From positions 6,076,001-6,140,000 of the forward strand of contig NC_087437.1 in the NCBI RefSeq assembly GCF_036321535.1: DNA of 64,000 nt. The letters run 5' to 3'. This document shows positions 51,901 through 64,000 of the stretch, piece after piece. The notes beneath the pieces were generated by a model. That model had not been told where the DNA came from, did no database searches, and worked only from the letters and a program-made list of their open reading frames with translations. The translations under genes were made by a program, and so were the position numbers. Source of the DNA: Camelus dromedarius (taxonomy: Eukaryota). Within the stretch, counting starts at the first letter, position 1. The number at the start of each line of letters is the position of its first letter.

Positions 51901-54900
51901 TTTGGCTCTGGAAAAAGAGAACCAGTGGCACTGATAAATGAAGCTAACTGCAAAAAACCTGGTATTACAACAAAGTTAGTTAACCTCTGATAATTTAGTA
52001 CAGAATTCTGCTTAAACAGGTAACACACTTGACTTTTTAGGGGTTTATAATGCTTCCTCTTCCAGACAGAGCTGCTAGCATCAAGAAGGAAGGTTGGCTT
52101 GCCCTACAAGAGTCAGAAATGACAAAACTACTTCTAGGGCAAGTGTACAAGACCCATAACTTCATTTGCTTATTTTATGTTTACTTTAATTTTGAAATCA
52201 GTCTTGGAGAAAATGACACAGAAATTTTCCAAGAAGATAGAAACCACTTAACTTCTGTTCACATAAGTAGCAGACATTTATATCACCAGCACCTTTGAAT
52301 ACACAGCCATCTGTACGCAAAGCCGTCATCTATGAGGACTAAGAGTAACTGTCTTGAAAGATGTTTATTTTTCTAATACCTTTTCCTTTTCCTACTTGAC
52401 TCTAATTCTTCTCCTCTAGTTATTAAACCAAAAGATGAGATCCACATCCAGAGAGGTAAAGGCAAACTATTTTATAAATCAAAGAGTCACCTCTGTTTTC
52501 TGATTTCTACTCAGAGGAGATGTCAAAATATTTTATTAAAGGAGGCGACGAAGGGGACGGGAATAGTGGAGCTTTACAAACAGATCAGGCGTTTATGACC
52601 GGCTCCATCGTGGATTTCCGAGCTTTGTAAGCCAAGCTCCCCCATGTGTAATTACATTTTTATTTATAATGGTTTTGTGACTGTTGACTTCACATTGCCA
52701 GTGCTCGTGCCCCCTCCACGTGCTCATACACACCTGTGTGAAAGGGCATTCCACATTTACTCCTAGATAGTACATACGGATGATGACCCTTTCATTTATG
52801 ATATCGAAATTGAACATTAATAAAACATCCTTGTAAAACAACAAAAACGGACATGGCGTGCAGGGGGCTGAGGCAGAACTCCTGTACATGAGCCCATCTC
52901 TCTTTCACAGAATCAGATTATTTTTCCTGGCTTTATCTAGTAAAGGACACTACAAATTCAGGGTGGATGGACATAAGGATGTTACGTAGCAGAATACATT
53001 TCCACTGCTGGCACTGCCCAAGATCAGTGTAAACATGCCTAGGAAAAAGACCTGAAGTCCTCCCAAAGCCGGCGCAGCCTTATTCATTTGAGCAGTTTCT
53101 CCATTCACAAACCTCTGTTCCTGATAGAATTTCCCACCTCTGTTTTACCATTAACCCTTTCCCCTTCTCATTTACGTATAAACCCCTGTACTCTTTACAC
53201 CTTCTTTTAAATGCTTAATACAAGTGACCACAGGAGAATCTCTTCTCCCCTTGAAAAACTGCAAATAAAGATGTCAGCTATTGAGTATATTTGTGGCGTC
53301 TCCAGCAGCTGCTGTTAAATACCAGCTGGTCTAGCTGATTAAAATTACCTCCGAGTTGGTATTATAAAGATGCCTGGGCAGCGCTGCTGTATTAATGGAT
53401 TATTGAGTGAGCGATGAAAACCTTGGCCAGCTGATGCGTTTTATTACAGATAGGCTTTATGATGTGTAATCACTGTAATTTTTACAACTAGAGGAAATAT
53501 GAAAAAAGGAGTAAAAAAAAAATCCCCATAGAAACTGATTTAACTAGATTATTCCTACCATTCTGTTTCCTAGAAGGACTCAAAGTACATAATTACTGTG
53601 CATAAATACCCAGGTATGGACCTATACACACCATTTATCCATCCCTCCATGTGGATCTGTTATCATCAACGTAGACCAGCAAGAATGCCGGTGGACAAAT
53701 GCAGTATGCATACAATTCATGTGAATAGATATTTACTATGTTGCTCTCTGCCAAACCACCCAATTGGCCACGATGGGATCACATGATCTAAAATAGTTTT
53801 GAACTGTTCACCAGCTGGGCAATAGCTGAAAATCCAAATCTGGCCAACTGGACTGTGGTTTGCAATCCAAGGGATGGGATCATTTTGCTCCATTTACCAT
53901 TTCCCTCTAGTCGTTCTCTTATAAGCCAAGGTTTTTATAGAACTCTACCAAATTGTTTCCCAGATCCTCCAACTTCCAGCTTATGTTCAAAAGAAGGTAT
54001 AGCTGTTTATTGGTTCAGCTACTTTTACGGCTGCTACAGGAGCCAGGAGCCAGGAGCCTACTCTGTCACTTTCCACGGACCCGCAGACACACTGTTGTGT
54101 TGACAGCATTCTCAAGGCCCCTCCCTCTACGCTCCCAGTCCATTTTTAAGAATGAACACTGACCCTCAGAGGCTGTGGCCAATTAAAATGGCTCAAGTAG
54201 AGAACATAGAACAGAAAACTCATTCCAGTATGTCACTGGGTGAATTAGTGTCTTGCAGAAAAGGACAGCCATCTCAGACTGGAGTCTCTTTTAGGTAATC
54301 CACAATTTTACTTCAAAGTAGCACATAAGGAGAAATTTTCATCACCAAGTAGTATCAAGTGTCTTGCTTGATTTTGCTGTATGATACTTAACATCAGGTT
54401 TTCACACATTGATAATAAAATACATACAGCATGTGACTAGAAAGCAATGAAATTGATTCTTTTTTCTTGAACAAATATACCCACATTTATATATGAAAGG
54501 ATTCATCCAGAGCCCACGGTAGGTTTTCTGTTTACCACCCAGAGTGTTGTATTTTGATGATGAGTTTTGTTCAGGCAAGTAACTAACACTTCTAATTAGA
54601 GCCAAATGTGGTGAACATGAAACATGAGCTTAGGCAAAACCCTTTTTCTTTGACTATTTGGTTACATAGCCATGAAACAGGCCTCTAATGTGGCTCCTAC
54701 AATAGTAATGAAGACAATTACAAGAGAAGAATTCCAGAAGTGTTTTGAGTAATGATGTTTCATTAAAGTAAGTGTAACCTTGTTAAAGTGACCATGCTTT
54801 AGAAGGACCAAGGTCATTTTCAATACAACACAGGTATGCCAATTTTTTTTTTTTAAATTGAGTATTGTTGGTAGAACAACTGATTTGGTTATTTTTAATG

Positions 54901-55794
54901 GAAACCAACCTTGTCATTTGTATTATTTTCAAAGATGTGCAACCTTAATATGGACTTTATTTGCCCTTCTGTCCAATCTCTCACTCATAAAGCAGCCCAA
55001 TCCATCAAATTTCTGATGGCTCTGCCAAAACATGGGGGTGAAAACTTACCAACCCTAACCTACCTATTTTGCAAATATTTCTTGATGTAAGATTTTTCCA
55101 CTTGCCGATTCAAAGTACGCCCATGCCTCCCAAATTCTTTCTACTGGTTCTGCTTATCTAGCCTTCTAGAGATGCTGTTCCCTGTTCTAATTAATAATCC
55201 TTCAAATACGCAAATGATGCTAACATAAAGCACAATGTTTGACATCAGTAGGTGCTTAATTAGTGAATGCTGAATGAATGATGGCTGAAACGGTTCTATT
55301 TTTTTTCAAAACACTTAAACTGGAAAAAAATTCATAAAATCAATGAAATCAAATAAAAGGCATAAACTAAAAAAACTAAGAAAATAGGATATACATAGCT
55401 TAATCAAATCTCCTCACTGTGAAAACTTCTAAATCTAAGAATAGCTAGGTGACAAGCCAAACTCCTGACCAGCCCGGACAGAGTGGGTAGCAATCAGCAG
55501 CGAAGAGGCCAGTCCTATATGGGTCAGAAGCTGGCTGGGAGCAGTCCAGTTGCTCTGGGGACTCATCCTTTGGCTGTGAAGCTCTGGCTCTTGTTTTGGT
55601 GGCCTAGTCTTCCACTGTCTCAGGACCTTATTCCCAAATGCAGGGCTGGGGAGGCAACTGTTTAACCTACGGCTGTAAAATTGGTACCGGGAAACAGTCA
55701 AATCTTGCTTCTTCAGAGATCCTTAAACAGTTTAAAGGTGGTGGTGGCGGGGGTGGGGGGTCAGTGAGCAGCACTGCCTGATAAAAAAGAAATA

Positions 55795-55907
55795 GTGAGA
55801 TAAACAACCAGGACCTGCTGTCTAGCATAGGGAACTCTACTCAATATCTTGAAATAACCTATAACGGAAAAAGAACCTGAAAAAAACACATAAATGTAAA
55901 AAAAAAA
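55795..55907 (+). mobile_element. Short L1 3'UTR fragment
   Basis: gataaacaaccaggacctgctgtctagcatagggaactctactcaatatcttgaaataacctataacggaaaaagaa. Confidence 0.8.
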
Positions 55908-57725
55908 GGCCTTTCTCTCCAAACTTATAAAGCAATTTTCCCAAGTTAAGAAAGCAAGCAAGCAAGCAAGCTGGAAAGAAGGCCAAAAAAAGGAAAGAAA
56001 AGAAAAGAAATAGTGAGACTATGCAAAATCTAGATAAATGGCTTAAATGCATGGCTACCAGACATTACAGTAACTTTCCCCGTGTTTCACTTGTCCTTCC
56101 TCCTCCTTCTCCCATCTCTACATCCTAACAACAGCAGAAGGCCTGGCCTGGAGTTGAGAGTGCACTGAGGGAGGTGAGGAAGGGGCACAGGAAGGAGAGG
56201 AAGGATGGAAGACTGCATGGGCAGGAGGCCAAAGGAGCAGAGGGGAGCCCAGGAGAGCCCATCAGACCAACTCTGGGCAGCGCCCTGCAGGGACGAGGTG
56301 CCTGCTCTCCACACCAGCAGAACCTGCAGGAGAAGAGGATTAGATGACTGATCGCTCACCGCACACGCACTGCTGTTTTGAAACTGCATTTTCCACAAAA
56401 GAAGAGTGGGAAGTGGAAAGCCAAAGATCAGAAGGAAATCACATTAGGAGCCAGTCTGCCCTGATGTGGCACTGCTGTCAGAAACACCAACGGGCAGAGG
56501 CACTCCTCCTGCCTGGAGCTGATCAAGCTACAGAAAAAACAGCCACTTACTGACGGGCTAAACCACAGCAAAGGCGTGTGGTACATGGGGACTCATGGCC
56601 CTGGAGAGAACCATTCCCCATTAATTTTCAATTTGAAGGAGTAATATTATTCATCATTTTTATTATTATTTAGAGGTATGAGGTCTTAACTAGAATTTTA
56701 TGATCCCTGCTATGATTTATCATTATTTTTAAATTTAATGAACACTTAGAAAATGTTTCCTAGGTGCCAGACACGGTTTTAAGTGTTCTGCAAATAGCAA
56801 CTCCACGTGGCAACCCTATAAAACTAAGTACTCTTAATTTGACTTTAATTCAACTTTTGCAAGCATTCACTGCACCCCAGTACCCAATATTAGGTTCAGC
56901 AATTGTAAGAGGGTATAAACAACGTATATTATAAATATTATTTGTCTCTGAATATCCGTTTCAAATAAAATCAAAATCTTTTAATTATAGACTGGCCATA
57001 CAAATGAACCAAGCCTACAGCAGAGAGCAAGCAGCACACGATAAAGCTCTCCCACCGAAACACATCAGCAGTTCCAGTCTTCCCCTCCTCCCTCCCTAGG
57101 CGCAGAGGCTCGCCGCCTTCACACCTGGGGACGTTAACTCTTAGAGGAACCAGGCCTCTGCTTCTCCTCACTGCCCCTGCCTTAGCTGCAGTCATTGTTC
57201 ACACTTTTAACTAGTTTTCATTGTTTGTCCCCTTGACTTAATTCAGTCAGATGGTCTATTTAGTAAAAGTTGAACCTGCTCAGCGTAGATGTGATCACTT
57301 AGACGAGTATGTAACTCAGTCTTTTCTCCCCAGTCCTAGTTATTCACGTTGTTTCTGATGCCGCTTAGTGAGGGCTATGCCAATTTAAATGATTATCGAT
57401 TCTAAATTGAGATCTTAAAAGGTGTGACATATTTTCTTCAACAAATTCCATGTAGCATAACATTTAATTTTAATAAGACTAACGAAGCTTTTTCAAAGTC
57501 TGGAGTTCTTTTTTTTTCTTTTTTCTTTTTAACCCCACATATTATTTACAGTTCAAGTCATAAATAATATGACTCTTTTGGGGGTAGTACATTAGTATAA
57601 AAATTATATATGAAATCATACAAAAATACCTAACAAATAGCAACCGAAGTAAACTAAAAATAAAAGCATTATTTTTATTAGAGAAAGCACATTTTAATGA
57701 ATGACTTTTTAGAAACAAAGTGTGT

Positions 57726-57762
57726 ACACACACACAAACACACACACACACACACACACACA
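57726..57762 (+). repeat. Interrupted (AC)n microsatellite
   Basis: Read directly from the sequence. Confidence 0.95.
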
Positions 57763-60224
57763 TGCCAAACTGAATTGCATGATTTTTCTTGCACTTAAAT
57801 TCTGGTACAATTCTAGTATTTAAAACAACAAAAATAAGAATAAAAAATCTGAAGGATAAAGAAATATTTGATGAAGAATCCAAAAAAAGAAATCCAAAAA
57901 AAAAAGCAAAATTAAGAATTAAAAAGCACCATGCTCTACCAATGTTTAATCTGTGTCCCTAATTAACGAAGGAAAAAGGTTTTCTTAAAATTTGTGGTAG
58001 AAGAGCACTTTTTTCCAATCTTTTTAACAGACTGTAATAAATGATGAATTTTCTTAATTGAATCGGCAGCCTGTCAAATAGCATCTTCCAAAATTATGAG
58101 CTTGGAAGAGGTTCTCTTCATTAAGCAAGTTCATCATTTTTCTAACATTTAGGTCATGGAAGAACTGATGGTGGGAAGGCAGAGTTCTATCTTGATATTG
58201 TGGGTCATATAAAATTATATATAATGGTAAAATACTGTCCTTAAAATAATTTTCAGAAGTCAGAAAAATAACTTAGAAGTTCCATACAAAATGCGTACTG
58301 GTGATCTTAAATGCCTTAAAAGCTAGTCAAGAAACCCTTCTCTGGAAAGCCTGGCATTTACACGCATCTGTTTGAAGTACTAATAGTTCCCATAAAAAGG
58401 TTTTACACATATTAGGCAGGGTCCCTAGAGGTCAAAAAATAAGGGTAGAAGCTTAAGTCTGGTCAGAGACCCATCAAAGACACACACTGTAATCACTGAT
58501 GTAAGTGATACAAATTAGGTTAATTACAAGGTATACTTAATAATGGAGTATGATATCATACATGAATTACCATATAGCAATAGCAAAGAGCTTATTAGGG
58601 CAATTAGCTGTAGATATTCAATTTGCCTCTGGCTTACTTGGTGATGGAAAGCGTTGGAGAGCAGAAAAACAATCAGAGACCCATGAAGTAAAGAAGCCAA
58701 GGATGAGAAATGAGGGAGAGAAACGGAATATGACAGGCTAATTAATAAACCCAAGATTTTTACCCACACTTAACTATTATTTCTGGGTAAGTCCTGAAAA
58801 TTTCTCCTTCATGCCTTAGAACCTACAGTTTTGAATTAAGCATAAAAATTAGGCCCCTTCCAATCTAAATGTATTACATGGGCTAACAGATGCAAAGGCA
58901 ATATTGGACTTCAGTCCACTCCACTGTTAAATGAGACAGCTTAAAGGAGACATTCTACTGTTCCACCATGACTTAAAACAAGTCTGACAATGTACTTCTG
59001 GAGAAGTTTTCTTTTTTATGACCTTCATTAGATGGCATTTTATGTGTGTCAGGTTTCAGGGTAACATTTGTTTCTCCTGTACCCTTATGTTCAGTTACAG
59101 ACATTACAACAATTGTAAAGTCACAGTCCTCCTGGGTTCCTTTAGAGAATGATGAAATAACCTGAAGTTGATCTAGGTCTGGTGGGTGAGTTCAACACTG
59201 GTGTTGGCAAAGTGACAATGTACAGTGTTAAGATATATAACTGAAAGATAAGGCTGACTTTAGCCCTAACACCTGGAATGGTGCTGGGATGGGGCTATGT
59301 TCGATCTTGAGCTATCCTGCCCTGGTAGCCTTCAGTGGATCAGTATTTCTCAGATGCCTAGCACGCCTTGTGTTTCAATCACCTCAATTCTTAATCAGAA
59401 ACATAAATTTCAGCACTGTGAATTTCATCACATACTTGCAGGAAATTCTAGAGAACATATTTCCGTATTGATCTTTAATAAATGAACTATTTTGATAAAT
59501 AAAATTTAATAAATGAGGTCTGAGTTGCAGAGTTAAAAGTTTATAATAAAAACTTTTATATGTACGGGAAGCGTTTTAATGTTCATTGTAAATACTCCTT
59601 GGAAGAAGCTAGGTATTTCAGAAGCATTTAAAACGATTCGAATATATCAAATGAAAATGCCATCATCTGCTTTTTGGTTGTTTTCACTAGTCCAATACAC
59701 TTATTAGGCTCCAAAACAATACTGGAAGAAGCCATTTAATTGGAAGCAATTTCAAACCATGGGCAGAGTTTTAGAAAAAAGCAAAAAAAACAAGAACAAA
59801 AACAAAAGCAGAAACAAAACCCCCAAAACAAAAAATCCTGGTCTATGCTAAATATTCCACTCACAAATGGTTAGCATTCCCAGATTCTATCGGAAATCAC
59901 TGGTTCCTCGAAGCCCAAAAGCCTACTGTTCTTAAAGGTGTTATTATCATGTCTGCACATACTATGTACGTGACTGAAATTATGTCCCCTGCATGTCAAA
60001 AAGCACCAGGAAATTAACAAAATGGAGTTGCCTGTCATAAATTAAAAGAAAATTGTGCCATTTGTACTGGGTTAAGAACACTGGGTGGCTAATTCTCAAT
60101 CTTAGGTGTCTGTCATTTTAAAGTAGTCTTGGATTCAGAAATAGAGAAATTTACAGTATAATTTATAGCTGGATCAACACTCCTCTCTTAGTAATACAAC
60201 AAAAGCAAAAAATATAGATTAGAA

Positions 60225-60705
60225 GTAAGCCCACACAAATAAAACCAAGATTTTTGACAAAGGTGCAAAGGCAAACGAATAGAAAAGGGGTAGTCTTTCA
60301 ACAATGATACTACAATGATTGGATACATCTGTGAAAAATAAATAACCTTCATCTATACGACTCACTTTATATAAAATTAACTCAAAAAGGATCACAAACC
60401 TAAATATAATACATAAAATGATTAGAACAAAATATGTGTATGACTTGGGTTAAGTGGAGTTCTCAGATATGACACCAAAAACACATTTGATACGAAAACA
60501 GGAGATAAACTGGATTTCACCAAAATGAAAAATGTTTGCTCTATAAAAGATACTTATAAGAAATAAAGACAAGCCACTGACAGGAAGATACTATTTGTGA
60601 ACTGCAAATGTAACAACAGATTTGTATTCTAGAATATACAAAAAACTCTCAAAACTCAACACTAAGAAAATAAATCCAAATTATAAAAAGGGCAAAAGAT
60701 GTGAC
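60225..60705 (+). mobile_element. Old L1MC/MD ORF2 3' fragment
   Basis: gatttttgacaaaggtgcaaaggca...aaattaactcaaa...ctctcaaaactcaac. Confidence 0.8.
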
Positions 60706-60719
60706 ATATTTGAACTGAT

Positions 60720-61962
60720 ATTATTTTGATTAAATTTACGTTGAGATAATTGGATATTCACATGCAGTTGTAGGAAACAGTACAGTGGGATTCTGTGACC
60801 TCAGTTTCCCCAATGGTAGCATCCTCAAAGCTATAGCACGGTATCACAACCAGGGTACACCACTGTCCACACAGCCACAACCCCGAAACATTCCGTCACC
60901 ACCAGGATCCTTCCTCTGCTCTTTTTACAGACACACCCCCTTCCTTCCTGCTTTTTTTTTTCTTATCAATTTTATTAGTCTTTTCAAAGAAGTAGCTTTT
61001 TGTTTCATTTTTCTTGTTATTCTGTTTTTAATCACACTGGTTTCAATTTTTACCTTTATTCCTTCCTTCTATTTACTTTTTTGTCTTATTTTTCTAGGTT
61101 CTTAAGGTGGGAGCTTACACTACTAATTTGACTTTTCCTCTTTTCTAATGTAAGCGTTTAGTGTAATACATTTCCCACTGAGCCCTGCTTTAGCTGTGTC
61201 CCACAAATTTGGGTATGTTGAATTTTCATTTCATTCAGTTCAATGTACTTTTAAATATTTCTCTTGAGACTTCCTCTTTGATTTAGGGATTATTTGGGAG
61301 TGTGTGGCTCAGTTTCCAAGTGTTTAGAAATTTTTTCCATTATCATTCTGTTATTTCTAATTTGATTCTATTGTGAATACGGAAAATACACCGTGTGATT
61401 TCAGTGTATTTTAATTCGCTGAGGCTTGTTTCATGGCCCAGCATATGGTCTATCTTGGTACATGTACCGTAGATACTTGAAGATAACGTGTATTACACTA
61501 CTATTTGAAGAAGTGTTCAATAACTGTCAATGAGACCATGATGGGGGACACCGCTGCTGAGCCCTTACTTTTGGTCTAGCTGTACTATCAATTGTTGATG
61601 GTCTCCAACTGTAAATGTGGATCTGTCTTCTCCTTTTAGTTCTGTCAGTTTCACGTTCACATAATTTGCAGCTCTGTTCTTGAATGTATACACATTCAGG
61701 ACTGCTAACTCCTTTTGGTGGATTGACCCTTTCATCACTATGTAATGTCCCTTTTGTCTCCGGTAATTCTCTGTGCTCTAAAGTCTACTTTATTTGATAT
61801 TATTTTGGCCACTCCTGCTTTCTTTTCATTAATGTCCATGTGCTATATCTTTTTTAACCTGCTCATGTCATAATAGCTGAAGTAGACAGCATGTAGTTCA
61901 GTCATGTTTTTAAATCTGCTAATCTCTGTCTTTTAATTGGTGTATTTAGACCATTTACATTG
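60720..61962 (-). mobile_element. Old L1MC/MD element: 3' end joined directly to the 5' ORF2 region (large internal deletion)
   Basis: ttgagataattggatattcacatgcagttgta...tttccccaatggta, then gctttagctgtgtcccacaaattt...ttagaccatttacatt. Confidence 0.8.
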
Positions 61963-62389
61963 ATTCCACAGTGACAGTGAATCAGTGGGAAGTGGAAATT
62001 GGAGAAGACCTATTTCTGGAGGTTTGGAAGAAAAGAGGAGACAAGTAGGGATGCTGGAAGGGGGAGGCTCAGAGGAATGCTTTTGTTGTGTTTTATTTTT
62101 TTCTTAAAGAAGAAACAGCAAAGAGGAAGAGGTTAAAAACATTGGGGATATAATACCTAACAGCTCTTGGTCACAAAGAGGGAAAGAGTTAACTCCAGAG
62201 TATTAGAGACAGAGTGAACAGAGGCATCAACCAGAGCACAGGAAGCAAGGGGAGGTTCAGGCTGGTGGCCAGGAAGGAAGAAGCTGAGATGGTCAGGTTT
62301 AGTAGCACGCAGATTGGGCAGACTGTTTGAGAACACACATAAAAGGATGGTTCAGCAGGGTAGTGTGCTGCATGTTATGAAACTGCAGT

Positions 62390-63250
62390 GGCTCCAATCC
62401 AGTGTCCCCAGCTCTCCCAAGTAAGCATTATCATTTTGGGTTATTATCAAATCACAGATTCTGTGAGCAAAGTATTTCTTCAAGCGGCCTGTCCTCCACT
62501 GCCGCTGTCTCCTCCAGATGACTGCAAAGCTCTCCCAACTCACATCCATGTTTTCAGTCCTGCTTCTCTCAAACACATAAACCACAGTGATTTAGTTTAA
62601 ATGTCCATTATGCCAAAATGCTCACTGTTTTACATTCTTGAAAGTCAGGTACACACGTTGTTTAGGGCTTGATCTCTGTGCCTCTTCCTGTGTCACTTTA
62701 TTACCAACTTCAATTGGCATCATACAGTATCTGGGCTTCCAAACCAGTATGTTCAAATCTCTCTCCAAAGCTCTAGAATCACATAATACAACTGTCTACT
62801 GAATATCCATGGTCCCAAAGGAACACCAAACTCAACACATCCATAAGTGAATTCCTCTTTCCTTTGACATTTTTTCTCTATTATTCATTATCTCTGTCAT
62901 TTTCACCATCACTGACTGTGCTGTCCAAATTATCTTTGCTTCTTCCCTCTTCCTCACTCCCATATTCAATTCATTACAAATCCTGACAATTCTAGCAACT
63001 TGGTATTTTCCAATTATTTCCACTTACCGCTATCTTTACTGCTTTTATTTTGTTTCAGGCCACCGTACCCTCTCTTCTAGAACACAGACGTTACTACTTT
63101 TGTTGCTAATCACTGTTCCCCTGGCTTACTACCCCCTTCAGTTTCTTTACAGCTGTGTAACCAGGGCAATCCTTCTAAACTAAAAATATGATTATGAAAG
63201 CATTATGTTTCAGTGCCACCTTCTCTCCCTCATCCTGGAATAAAGATCTA
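62390..63250 (+). mobile_element. L2 fragments
   Basis: catataataca actgtctactgaatatc...caaactcaacacatcc...caatccttctaaac. Confidence 0.65.
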
Positions 63251-63253
63251 GAC

Positions 63254-63447
63254 CAGTGCTGTCCAGGCGAACTTTCTACAATGATTGGACTGTTCTTTAT
63301 CTATACTGCCCAGCTGACTAGCCACTTAGTCACATGTGGCTGGCATTAGGCACATGAAATAGGAATAGTGTGGCTGAGAAACTAAATTTTAAATTTTATT
63401 TAATTTTAATTAATTTAAAATTTATAGCCACCTATTGGGCAGCACAG
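63254..63447. mobile_element. MER3 hAT-Charlie element with perfect 8-bp TSD atctagac
   Basis: cagtgctgtcca...tagccac...cacatgtggct...aaattttaaattttatttaatttta...tgggcagcacag; atctagac at 63246-63253 and 63448-63455. Confidence 0.9.
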
Positions 63448-63799
63448 ATCTAGACTGTTCTTAGCATGACATATGAGTTCCCCTGTCCTGGCATTGCCTC
63501 ATTTTCCTCCTTCCTTCTCACACAAAATCTACTCTAGTTTTAATGAACTGACGCGTGTTTCCTGTATCCATGATGACATTCAGACAGGCATACCTTTCCT
63601 CACGCTGTGCCCAGCTCCAGGGGATAGAGGACTTTTGGTCTGAGGTAACCATAAATCCCACTCCCTGCTTTCCTATCGTTTCTTGTGTTAGGGTTAGCCA
63701 TTACCCCAATTCTACGAACGACACTTACGCCTACATCTGCTAGCGGCGATTACTAGGAAAACGCCTCTACTTTGCTTAATCAAAGAGGCCGAATAAGGT

Positions 63800-64000
63800 T
63801 GGCACCAGCCTCTTGCACAAATATGCAGCTCTGAACCATTATCTACTGAACTACTGAATAACTGATGTCCAGCTGGAACATCATCTTGAGACCACTTAGC
63901 CACAATCATGAAGCAAGACCAAGGGAACCTGCAGGTCTCAATACTGCAGAGCCACTGAACAGCTGACAGCAGCTGTCTACCTCTAGACTTGTTACTTCTT
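63800..64000 (+). mobile_element. MLT1K/L-like LTR fragment running off the window end
   Basis: catcttgagacca...gagccactgaac...cagctgtctacctctagactt. Confidence 0.5.

Larger units (their letters stand above)
1..64000 (-). other. TBC1D5: Intronic span of TBC1D5: downstream intron 1-13731, very long upstream intron 13875-64000
   Basis: A single internal exon with no start or stop codon. The flanking peptides (..HLNRLEIAPQIYGL and ISSNYQTCLG..) were not found by eye, consistent with the large introns of this gene. Confidence 0.85.

Noticed and set aside
30557..59520. Scattered short tandem duplications (cacaatgagg x2 near 30560, cactgtgactt x2 near 42945, caggagc x3 near 54040, aagc repeats near 55955) as a CRISPR-like or structured array
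   Set aside because: Isolated slippage duplications. There is no regularly spaced repeat-spacer array anywhere in the window.
1..64000. tRNA, rRNA, snoRNA, miRNA genes or processed pseudogenes
   Set aside because: None recognised by eye. An Infernal/Rfam scan and BLASTX would be needed to exclude them formally.

Overview
This is eukaryotic (mammalian) genomic DNA, not a prokaryotic or phage window. It lies inside the TBC1D5 gene on the minus strand. I can support one coding exon (13732-13874, 143 nt, RWVRLLFGREFPLQDLLVVWDALFADGLSLGLVDYIFIAMLLYIRDA). The remaining ~63.9 kb is intronic: ancient and lineage-specific repeats (L1, L2, MIR, MLT1/MLT2/MER76/MER90-type LTRs, MER5/MER3 hAT elements, microsatellites) plus several repeat-free, motif-dense blocks that look like conserved non-coding elements. 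The young L1 3' ends are of cetartiodactyl type and I saw no Alu, Bov-tA/A2, PRE-1 or CHR-2 SINEs, so a camelid is my best inference. None of the supplied ORFs is a real gene. They are chance ORFs or broken L1 ORF2 fragments, and the track misses the true exon frame. I found no new protein-coding system. The most notable items are a compound L1 insertion under one target-site duplication (likely 3' transduction), candidate poison exons and an alternative acceptor in TBC1D5, inverted L1 pairs near the exon, enhancer-like blocks, an AT-to-GC substitution bias and clusters of short inverted repeats. Repeat subfamily names come from remembered consensus sequences and most repeat boundaries are approximate.
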